DNA from: Candidatus Eremiobacteria bacterium
Lineage (GTDB): Bacteria; Vulcanimicrobiota; Vulcanimicrobiia; Vulcanimicrobiales; Vulcanimicrobiaceae
Assembly: GCA_963737065.1 (NCBI GenBank)
Contig: CAVTRC010000001.1
Location: 2,112,001-2,176,000, forward strand
Length of the DNA stretch: 64,000 bases
Direction of reading: 5' to 3'
In this document: in pieces, positions 50,328 to 58,049 of the stretch
Layout: the number at the start of each line of letters is the position of its first letter
Numbering within the stretch: position 1 is the first letter of the stretch
The notes under the pieces: generated by a model
Database searches by the model: none
Told to the model about the DNA's origin: nothing
What the model saw: only the letters and a program-made list of their open reading frames with translations
Made by a program: the position numbers and the translations under genes

Positions 50328-51696
50328 ATGAGCGTTTCCCATCTTCACTCCGGCTCCATCGACCGTATTCCTCCGCATAACTTAGAAGCGGAGATGGCCT
50401 TGATCGGTTCAGTGCTCGTCGATCGCGAAATCATGAGCACGGTGGGCGAGATCGTTCGCCCGAGCGACTTCTACGCGCACGTGCACGAAACGATCTTCGC
50501 GGTGCTATTCGATCTGTTCGATCGAGGCGAGCCGCTCGACAAAATCAGCGTTGCCGAAGCGCTGCGCACTCGCGATGCGCTAGAGCGCGTGGGCGGGCTG
50601 TCCTATTTGAGTTCGCTCATGGATACCGTGCAGACGGCCGCGTCGGCGAAGTACTACGCGACGATCGTGCGCGAGAAGGCCGTGCTGCGTTCGCTGATCC
50701 ACGCCGGCACCCAGATCACCCAACTGGGTTACGAAGCCGAAGAAGACGTCGATGCGGCGCTCGACCAATCCGAGCAAATGATTTACTCGATCGGCGAGCG
50801 TCAACTCTCCGGGCGAGTTTGTCCCGGTCAATCGCTTGATGAAGGAGACGTTCGACTATATGGACCGGCTCTTCCACATGCGTGGAGAGCAGACGGGCCT
50901 GACGTCGGGCTTCCGCGACATCGACGCGATGACGACCGGGTTTCAGCCGGGAAATTTCATTATTGTCGCCGCGCGGCCGGGTATGGGGAAAACGTCGTTT
51001 GCACTCAACATGGCGGTTGCCGCGGCAGAGCGCAACGAACCAATTGCGTTCTTCTCGCTCGAAATGTCGAACAACGAACTCGTGCAGCGCCTCATCTGCG
51101 CGGAGGCGCGGCTCTCGATGCACGACATGCGCCGCGGTAACATTAAAGCGCATCAGTGGGAAGATATAGCTCGCGCAATGGGACGCCTCAACGAACTGCC
51201 GATCTATTTAGATGATGCCGGCGGTTTGAGCGTCACGGAAGTCCGCAGCCGCTGCCGCCGTTTGAAATCCACGAGCGGCCTCGGCGCCGTGTTCATCGAT
51301 TACTTGCAGTTGTTGCGCCCGGGCGTCCTTTCAAAAAATGTAAACCGCAACGAAGAACTTTCGGAAATTTGCCGCACGTTGAAGGTTACGGCGAAAGATC
51401 TCGGCGTGCCGATCATCGCTCTCGCACAATTGAACCGTGGCGTCGAATCGCGCAACGACAAACGCCCAATGCTCGCGGATCTGCGCGACTCCGGCTCGCT
51501 CGAACAAGAATCGGATATGGTATCGTTCCTTTTCCGCGAGGGCTATTACAACAAAGAAGCGTCCGAACCGGACGTGACGGAGTTCATCATCGCGAAGCAT
51601 CGCAACGGGCCGACCGGCACCGTTCGTCTGCGCTTCCAGGAGCAGTTCACCCTTTTCGTGCCGTACGCGGACGAATCGCATTTCCCCCCGGCCTAG
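50328..51696 (+). CDS. dnaB: Replicative DNA helicase, one frameshift at GGG 50811-50813
   Basis: PPHNLEAE, AARPGMGKT, FSLEM, IDYLQL, QLNR, DLRDSGSLEQ and KHRNGPTG. Confidence 0.96.
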
Positions 51697-51705
51697 ACGC
51701 GACCG

Positions 51706-52110
51706 TTATTCTTCGTCGTCGCGCAACTGTTCGAAGAATTCGGCTGCCGTGTCGCGTAGTACGTCGAGCAGCCGCCCGAAGTGCGGCCGAACTTCATCCG
51801 CTTCGTTCACACACAGCTCGATCGTGAACAGCACATCGCGCTCCTCTTCCCACAGTGCGGTTTTGACAAACTTCTTGCGTACGTTCAAGACGTTCGCCAC
51901 ATCGAGGGCATCGAAAATCTCGATCTCGGACGGTAGCGCCCATCCCGAACCGACCATCATGAAATTCGGGTCGTCGCGATACGACACGACGAAATACCGG
52001 TCGCCTTCACTCTTGAATGCAACGCGATACGCGTCGTCGTCATCATCTCTTGTAAAGTACAGGCCTTCGTCGTCGAGAGCGGCCTCAATCGGCGTTAACG
52101 GATCGCTCAC
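51706..52110 (-). CDS. YbjN-like (T3SS chaperone-like fold) protein
   Basis: Acidic ~134 aa; L...G.....D.D and AN.LN..KFVK pattern. GTGA-coupled. Confidence 0.6.
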   Translation of the reverse strand: MSDPLTPIEAALDDEGLYFTRDDDDDAYRVAFKSEGDRYFVVSYRDDPNFMMVGSGWALPSEIEIFDALDVANVLNVRKKFVKTALWEEERDVLFTIELCVNEADEVRPHFGRLLDVLRDTAAEFFEQLRDDEE

Positions 52111-52574
52111 CGCCCACCGAGCATGAACGAATTGATGAATTTGTCTGCAGCCGCTTTGCTTTCCGTGCGGTCGACGATCCGTTCGATCGCGCTCGCTCCC
52201 GCTTCGCGTACGCGTCCGACGGTTTCCCAAAACGATCGCGTAAACGCCTCGGGAGATCCGGCCTCTTCTTGCGCTGTTGCAACGAACAGTCCGCCGTCAT
52301 GCGCCATGATAAAGCTGATGTCCGGATGATCCTCGTTGACGCGCTCCAGCGTGTCCGCATTCTGCGTGCGTTCGCGCGCCCAGTCGGGAACTTCGTATGC
52401 CGTCGAGATCATGTACGATCCGGGATCACTCTCATATGTCGTGACGGAAAAGACTTGGCCGCGCGTGCGAAATAAGATCTCCGTGATTCCCGCGTCGGAA
52501 TCCACCGGCGACACGTCGACTTTGTGACCCTCGCTCTCGATGAATTGCGAAACGAGATCACGTACGAGCGGCAT
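52107..52574 (-). CDS. Hypothetical protein, YbjN-like
   Basis: Acidic ~155 aa; layout similar to the downstream gene (F...G..F.V..Y..DP). Confidence 0.55.
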   Translation of the reverse strand: MPLVRDLVSQFIESEGHKVDVSPVDSDAGITEILFRTRGQVFSVTTYESDPGSYMISTAYEVPDWARERTQNADTLERVNEDHPDISFIMAHDGGLFVATAQEEAGSPEAFTRSFWETVGRVREAGASAIERIVDRTESKAAADKFINSFMLGGR

Positions 52575-53079
52575 CGATTCTTTCTTCCATGTAGCTGCGC
52601 GAGAGATGGACGTACTCTTCGGCAGCAATCTCGATCCAGGTTTTCGCCTGTCCTTCGATGGGCTTCTTTACCTTCGCCGGTGCGCCGGCCGCTAAGACGT
52701 GATCCGGGATCTCCACGTTCTCGCCCACCACGCTGCCTGCTGCGACGAGCGATCCTTCGCCGACGATACTGCCGTTGAGGAGGACGGCGTTGCTGCCGAT
52801 GAGCGCATGGCGCTTCACGTGGCAGTCTTCCATCACGGCGGCGTGGCCAACCGTAACGTCGTCTTCGAGTCGCGTTAGGTGCGTCACGTGGAGGACCGCA
52901 TTATCTTGAATCGACGTCCGTGCACCGACGCGGATCGGCCCGTTGTCTCCGCGAAGCACCGCCCCGAACCAGATGCTGGATTCTTCGCCGACCTCCACAT
53001 CACCGATGAGCACGGCGTTCGGCGCGATGAACGCCGTTGGGTGGACTTTGGGCGTTTTTCCGCGGTAACTGATGATCAT
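52558..53079 (-). CDS. Gamma carbonic anhydrase family (YrdA/PaaY-like)
   Basis: Hexapeptide repeats, IGDV, VLRGD, IQDN..H, VGH and GAPAK. Confidence 0.93.
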   Translation of the reverse strand: MIISYRGKTPKVHPTAFIAPNAVLIGDVEVGEESSIWFGAVLRGDNGPIRVGARTSIQDNAVLHVTHLTRLEDDVTVGHAAVMEDCHVKRHALIGSNAVLLNGSIVGEGSLVAAGSVVGENVEIPDHVLAAGAPAKVKKPIEGQAKTWIEIAAEEYVHLSRSYMEERIDAART

Positions 53080-53097
53080 GTGTGGAAAGCTTACGCC

Positions 53098-53346
53098 ATG
53101 CATCGGCACAACACCCCGCTGCGAGGCGTGAAAGCGACTCCCAAGCCGGCGCCCGGCAACCCCAATTACTCTGAAGTCAATTACCGTTATGCGGGCGTCG
53201 TAGGACACATCCACGAGGTTGTCGAGATCGACGGCAAGCAGCTTGCGAAAGTCGGCTTCAACGACAGAAAAATCGTCTATTACTTTTTAGACGATTTGGA
53301 ACTCGATCGAAACGCGAAACGCGGAACGTTTCACGACGTAGAGTAG
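53098..53346 (+). CDS. Small hypothetical protein (possible SH3-like barrel)
   Basis: Plausible 3' part of ORF 52879-53346, divergent from the gamma-CA gene. Start uncertain (53098 or 53128). Confidence 0.5.
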   Translation: MHRHNTPLRGVKATPKPAPGNPNYSEVNYRYAGVVGHIHEVVEIDGKQLAKVGFNDRKIVYYFLDDLELDRNAKRGTFHDVE

Positions 53347-53414
53347 ATTCATCTACCCGTCATTCGACGGTGCTACGCTGCGGTGCGTAGCCAATTCCCT
53401 CCTGTGAGGTCCGC

Positions 53415-54326
53415 ATGCCGATCGTTCCCGCTACCATCGCGCAGCCGGTAAATCCCGGTGGCGGATTTGATTACGTCGCCGTCGATTCAGCACGGCGTCG
53501 CGTCTATGCCGCACATCCCGGCGGCGGCGGTTTGCTCGTTGCGGACGGCGACACGGGAAATGTCCTCGGCATCGTGCAGGTCGGGCCGATGGCCGGTGTT
53601 GCGGTCAACGAAGCAACGGGCCACGTGTACACCGGAAATGGCGACGGCAGAAGCGTGAGCGAAGTTGATCCCGATTCACAGCAAATTTTGCGAACCGTCG
53701 TCGTGACCGGACCGGTCGACGCCATTCAATACGATCCGGTCCTCGATCGCATATACGCCGATGAAGACGACGGCACGAAAATGTGGGTAATCGACGCGAA
53801 GTCGTTCAAAATTCTTGCGACCGTTGCGCTGCCGGGACATAAGCCGGAGTATCTCCAAGTCGATCCCCAGACGCACAACGTGTATCAGAATATTGCGAGC
53901 GACGCGGAAGTAGCGATCGTTGACGCGAAGTCGCTAAAGGTCTCGAAAGTGTTCAAGACGCCGCAATTGCAGAACAACCATCCGCTGCAATACGACGCGC
54001 AAGACCACGCGATTCTGGTTGGCGGTGAGAACAACACGCTTGCGGTGTATTCCACGTCGGGAGCATTACTGTACAAAACGACGCTGCCAGGGCGGGTGGA
54101 TCAATGCGACTGGGATCAGTCGCATGGTTGGCTTGCATGCGCGGGCGGCGGCATCAAGCTCTTTTCGTTCGATGGAAAGTCAGCGCCGAAGCTGCTCGAT
54201 AGTCATGATATCGATCCTGCCGTCCACACGACCGCAATCGATCCGAAGACCGGCACGATCTGGGTCGTGTGGGGCAGCCGGACGTCGAACGAGGCGTACA
54301 TCCAAGGCTTCACTTATAAGCCGTGA
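53415..54326 (+). CDS. YncE-like beta-propeller protein
   Basis: GFDY..D...RRVY..H and repeated propeller blades. Confidence 0.8.
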   Translation: MPIVPATIAQPVNPGGGFDYVAVDSARRRVYAAHPGGGGLLVADGDTGNVLGIVQVGPMAGVAVNEATGHVYTGNGDGRSVSEVDPDSQQILRTVVVTGPVDAIQYDPVLDRIYADEDDGTKMWVIDAKSFKILATVALPGHKPEYLQVDPQTHNVYQNIASDAEVAIVDAKSLKVSKVFKTPQLQNNHPLQYDAQDHAILVGGENNTLAVYSTSGALLYKTTLPGRVDQCDWDQSHGWLACAGGGIKLFSFDGKSAPKLLDSHDIDPAVHTTAIDPKTGTIWVVWGSRTSNEAYIQGFTYKP

Positions 54327-54508
54327 ACGGCGAAGTCGCGGCGAGCATGCGCGACGACCGTGGCGATGACTTTGGGCTGAGCAGCGTGAGCGTAAATGTG
54401 CGCGGGAGGCGGCGACGCAGGGTTGGTCTCGCTGACCGTTGCAAGGAGGGTGGTTCCCATGAACACGATCACCGCCGAAGCGAGCAGACTGGAGCCGAAC
54501 CGGATCAT
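54314..54508 (-). CDS. Possible small exported protein
   Basis: 64 aa with hydrophobic N-terminus and AGAAAGG upstream. Confidence 0.35.
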   Translation of the reverse strand: MIRFGSSLLASAVIVFMGTTLLATVSETNPASPPPAHIYAHAAQPKVIATVVAHARRDFAVHGL

Positions 54509-54515
54509 CTGAGGC

Positions 54516-54597
54516 CTTTCTCTTAATCAATTAGTTGGTGTCTGTATTCACCCTACTCCCGTGTCAGCGCAATGTCAACTATTTAATTAAGAGAAAG
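54516..54597. repeat. 23-bp AT-rich inverted repeat
   Basis: CTTTCTCTTAATCAATTAGTTGG (54516-54538) versus TCAACTATTTAATTAAGAGAAAG (54575-54597), 3 mismatches. Confidence 0.8.
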
Positions 54598-54719
54598 ATT
54601 AAAGGAGCATGAGTCTCCAGACTCTGTAAAGGCGAGAGGGCCGCCGCCGAGACCGGAGAACCACGCTGCGCGACCCGCTTGTGCAACGTCAATGGAATCC
54701 GTTACGATGTGCAAATTAT

Positions 54720-54796
54720 GCCGACGTAGCTCAGTTGGTAGAGCAATTGTTTCGTAAACAATAGGTTCGCCGGTTCGAGTCCGGCCGTCGGCTCCA
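54720..54796 (+). tRNA. tRNA-Thr (anticodon CGT)
   Basis: GCCGACG/CGTCGGC acceptor stem, AGCTCAGTTGGTAGAGC D arm, ATTGT-TTCGTAA-ACAAT anticodon arm, GTTCGAGT T loop and encoded CCA. Confidence 0.96.
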
Positions 54797-54799
54797 TTG

Positions 54800-54828
54800 A
54801 AAAACGCCCGCGAGTGCGGGCGTTTTTT
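54800..54828. terminator. Bidirectional intrinsic terminator
   Basis: AAAAACGCCCGC-GAGT-GCGGGCGTTTTTT between convergent genes. Confidence 0.85.
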
Positions 54829-54852
54829 CACAAACGACTCGCGTGCGAAGCG

Positions 54853-55275
54853 CTATGCGCTCTGTTGAATTTTGACGCTGTTGTCGATGAGCGCGTACAG
54901 GTCGTTGTCTTCGCGATTCATCCGGTTTGCAAGCGTGGCGAAGACTCGTTTCCAGTCGTCGACAAACGCTTGTGGATCTTTCGAAATCGTGCCGATCGCA
55001 CTCCAGGTTTTAAAGAACTCCTCGATCGCGGCCGAGAGGTTGCCCATCTCTTTTTGAAAATGCTCTGCCTTCTCGCGAACGGCGGCATCCGGGTGCTTCA
55101 TCATTGCCGGATAGAGATACGTATCTTCCATGACCAGATGTGCGCGCAGCGTTCCAATGAACTTGATCAAAAGTCCGCGCACCTGCGTCTCCGCGACGGC
55201 GGCTGCGGAGGTTGGAATGTCTGCGACAAGTGCGCGAAGCGTTTCGTGTTGCCGGCGATACCGTTCGGTTTGCAT
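54853..55275 (-). CDS. Hemerythrin-like domain protein
   Basis: QH, HLVMED..LYP and R..RED..LY helical-bundle motifs. Confidence 0.8.
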   Translation of the reverse strand: MQTERYRRQHETLRALVADIPTSAAAVAETQVRGLLIKFIGTLRAHLVMEDTYLYPAMMKHPDAAVREKAEHFQKEMGNLSAAIEEFFKTWSAIGTISKDPQAFVDDWKRVFATLANRMNREDNDLYALIDNSVKIQQSA

Positions 55276-55393
55276 ATCCGGTCCCCATGGAAAGTCAAGA
55301 AGAAATCGGTGCGCATGCACGTACACCTGCCATACTTATCGTCGTACGGCGTAGGCGATTTGAGCAGCAGGGTACGCCGACCGGCCGCTTGCC

Positions 55394-56023
55394 CTATTGC
55401 GCGGACTCCAGAACGGCTTGCATGACGGGGAGCGCGCCGCGCGCGATCAACGCGTAGCCGCGGTCGGAAGGATGAAACTGATCTTCCGAAAGGTACCGCA
55501 AGACGTGGCCGTCAGCGAAGTTGGTGATGCGAAACAAATCGATGAAGACCGCTTGATGCCTTTCCGCTTGTTCGCGCATCACTTTACTCAACAGCTCGCA
55601 CGTCGACGCGATGAACGACTTTACTTCGTTCGGAACATGCGGCGTCATCGCGATGTTCGGAAGACCCGTCGCGAACAGTCGGGCGAGCGGCGCGGTAGCG
55701 CGAATCCGCCCCAGTAGGCGTCCAAAGTGGTCGGCGAAACTTGCCGGATCGTTGATGGTCACGATGTCGTTCGCGCCAACAACGAGCACAATCGTATCAA
55801 CGTGCGACGGAATGTGAGGGACTTGAAAGGTCGCGACTTCGTTCATCGTCGCTCCCGGCACACTGAGATTCGTGAACGAATGCTCCGCCGCATGACGCGA
55901 GAGCGTCCGGTAGAGCGTTTGTGTGAAGCCTTTCGACGGTGAGGACGCCCCCGTTCCGTAGCCGAGACTATCCCCGAGAACAGCAACGTGGAGGGTTAAA
56001 ACGTTCCCGTGTAGATCGCGCAT
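55394..56023 (-). CDS. SGNH/GDSL hydrolase
   Basis: LGDSL, GANDI and DQFHP. Start uncertain. Confidence 0.88.
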   Translation of the reverse strand: MRDLHGNVLTLHVAVLGDSLGYGTGASSPSKGFTQTLYRTLSRHAAEHSFTNLSVPGATMNEVATFQVPHIPSHVDTIVLVVGANDIVTINDPASFADHFGRLLGRIRATAPLARLFATGLPNIAMTPHVPNEVKSFIASTCELLSKVMREQAERHQAVFIDLFRITNFADGHVLRYLSEDQFHPSDRGYALIARGALPVMQAVLESAQ

Positions 56024-56985
56024 GATTGACAGATTTCCGGCGGTTGGCCAGATGCGAGTTGTGCGCGGAAGCGCTGATAGCGGGGACCATTCCACGTGTG
56101 TGCGAACGGCTCGTCGCGGACATTACCGAAGTTCAGCCGGTCGGGTGTTGATATCATACAGCACGGCATGATGTCGCCGCGATAACTGAAATATGCGCCG
56201 GTGCTCGGCCAGCCGCACCCGCGCGGATCGCGCGGCGGACGTTCGTCGAGCTTCGGCAGGCGCAACTTCATGCCGTGCGATTCTGCCGCGCGGCGCGCTG
56301 CGGAAAACGCCTGCTCTACGCGTTCTGGATCCTCGTGAAGAAGCGTTTGTTGATCGACGAATTCGCGCATCGGCCGGTAGTGCGCGGGCAACGATGCTTC
56401 GCCGAAATCGTGACACAGGTGCTGCACGCTGACGGCGTCGACGCCGAACTCGGCGGCTTGCGCAACCAGCTGGGCAAGTTCTTCGACATTCTCTCGCATC
56501 GCAACCGCAACGATCTCCACATACGGAGTACGTGATTTGCGCGCGATTCGTTCCGCGAGCAAACGGCGCAGGTTGCGGATCGACTTCTCATAGTTTCCGC
56601 GTAGCCGTATGCGCTCGTACGTGTTCTTCGTTGCACCGTCGAGCGACGCGTGCAGCCGCGTAAGACCGCTCAGCACGCATGTCGCCGCAGTCTTCGGCGT
56701 GATAAAGGAGAGATTGGTATTGACGGACACATTGATACGGCGCGCGATCGCGTAGCGCACCATATCGAAGAAACGCGGGTGCATCAACGGTTCGCCGAGT
56801 CCTTGAAGTTGAATCTCGCCCAAGTCCGGGAACTCGTCGACGATGCGGGTGAAGAGATCGAACTCCATGAACGCCGGAGGGCCATTGGGCCGTCCGTCGC
56901 GACGAAACTGGATCGGGCACATTCTACAGCGAAAATTACATTCGCCGACCGGCTCGATTTGGATGAAACGAGGCAAGGCGACCAT
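55996..56985 (-). CDS. Radical SAM protein with SPASM/twitch domain
   Basis: CNFRCRMC, GLGEPLMHP and C-terminal C.WP...G...PCC...GN...C..C. Confidence 0.93.
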   Translation of the reverse strand: MVALPRFIQIEPVGECNFRCRMCPIQFRRDGRPNGPPAFMEFDLFTRIVDEFPDLGEIQLQGLGEPLMHPRFFDMVRYAIARRINVSVNTNLSFITPKTAATCVLSGLTRLHASLDGATKNTYERIRLRGNYEKSIRNLRRLLAERIARKSRTPYVEIVAVAMRENVEELAQLVAQAAEFGVDAVSVQHLCHDFGEASLPAHYRPMREFVDQQTLLHEDPERVEQAFSAARRAAESHGMKLRLPKLDERPPRDPRGCGWPSTGAYFSYRGDIMPCCMISTPDRLNFGNVRDEPFAHTWNGPRYQRFRAQLASGQPPEICQSCAIYTGTF

Positions 56986-57017
56986 GCCACGCTTGTACCC
57001 GCTTTGGGCGAACGTGC

Positions 57018-57488
57018 CTACGTTTGTCGGGGAACGAACCGGAGCGCGAGGCCGTCGATGCAATAACGTAGATGTGTAGGCGCGGGTCCGTCATCGAATA
57101 TATGCCCAAGATGGCCGCCACATCGCTTGCAATGCACTTCGGTTCTTGCCTCGAACGCTAACTCGTGATCCATTCTGGTCGACGTAACGTTCGGCAGGAC
57201 GTTCCAAAATGACGGCCATCCGTCGCCACTATCATATTTGGTTTGTGAACTAAAGACCGCTTGATCGCACCCCGCGCAGTAATACACGCCGGAACGCGTC
57301 TCCTTGATAAGCGCGCTCGAGAACGCGGGTTCCGTACCGTTTTCGCGCAAAATGTAGTAGCGGTCCGCACCAAGCTGCTTTCGCCATTCCGCATCGCTGT
57401 GCCGGACCGCATACGACGTATCCGCTCGCGCCGTCGCTGCGGCCGCTAAAACCGCGGCGACTGCGGCAACGAATTGCGCCCGGCGCAT
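57018..57488 (-). CDS. msrB: Methionine-R-sulfoxide reductase with Tat-like signal
   Basis: GTEPAF, KYDSG.GWPSF, HLGHIFDDGP and RYC; N-terminal MRRAQF plus hydrophobic stretch and ARA. Confidence 0.93.
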   Translation of the reverse strand: MRRAQFVAAVAAVLAAAATARADTSYAVRHSDAEWRKQLGADRYYILRENGTEPAFSSALIKETRSGVYYCAGCDQAVFSSQTKYDSGDGWPSFWNVLPNVTSTRMDHELAFEARTEVHCKRCGGHLGHIFDDGPAPTHLRYCIDGLALRFVPRQT

Positions 57489-57982
57489 TAGTCGGAAACC
57501 CCGCACGAAACGCCGTGCCGCGCGAAGTACCGCTGATGATACTCTTCCGCGCGATAAAACGGTGGTGCCGGCTCAATCTGCGTTGCAATGGGACGATCGA
57601 GTCGTTTTTGCTGCGCATCGCGCGATGCCGTCGCAAGCGTCTCTTGCGCGTGCGAATGCGTAAAAATTACCGAACGATACTGCGATCCGATATCCGGCCC
57701 TTGGCGATCCACGAGAGTCGGATCGTGAATCCTCCAGAACACGTCGAGCAGAACTTGATAAGTGACGTTCGATGGGTCGAACGTCAGCTGAACCGCTTCG
57801 GCATGACCCGTCGAGCCCGTGCATACGTCATGGTACGTCGGATTCTCGGTCGTTCCGCCGGTGTATCCGCACACGGCGGTAACGACCCCGGGAACCTGCG
57901 CGAACGCGGCTTCGACGCCCCAGAAGCAACCGGCGGCGAACGTCGCCTTTTCAGTAATCGTGCGCGTTTTCGCAGTACTCAT
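57488..57982 (-). CDS. msrA: Methionine-S-sulfoxide reductase
   Basis: [22 protein letters not shown] and AEEYHQRY. Confidence 0.96.
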   Translation of the reverse strand: MSTAKTRTITEKATFAAGCFWGVEAAFAQVPGVVTAVCGYTGGTTENPTYHDVCTGSTGHAEAVQLTFDPSNVTYQVLLDVFWRIHDPTLVDRQGPDIGSQYRSVIFTHSHAQETLATASRDAQQKRLDRPIATQIEPAPPFYRAEEYHQRYFARHGVSCGVSD

Positions 57983-58049
57983 ACACCTACTGTAACGCCG
58001 CTGGCGTCGTCTCGGATGCCGGTCTCAGCGACTGCCGTCACCCGGTCTG

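Noticed and set aside
50800..50840. Programmed frameshift, split gene or intein in dnaB
   Set aside because: No slippery heptamer or intein motifs; one extra G in a GGG run explains it, as in the RND gene.
54601..54629. Micro-ORF MSLQTL after AAGGAG
   Set aside because: RBS-ATG spacing of 1 nt is too short and there is no other support.
54720..54830. tRNA-Thr as an island integration site
   Set aside because: No integrase and no duplicated tRNA 3' end seen; the native terminator follows directly.
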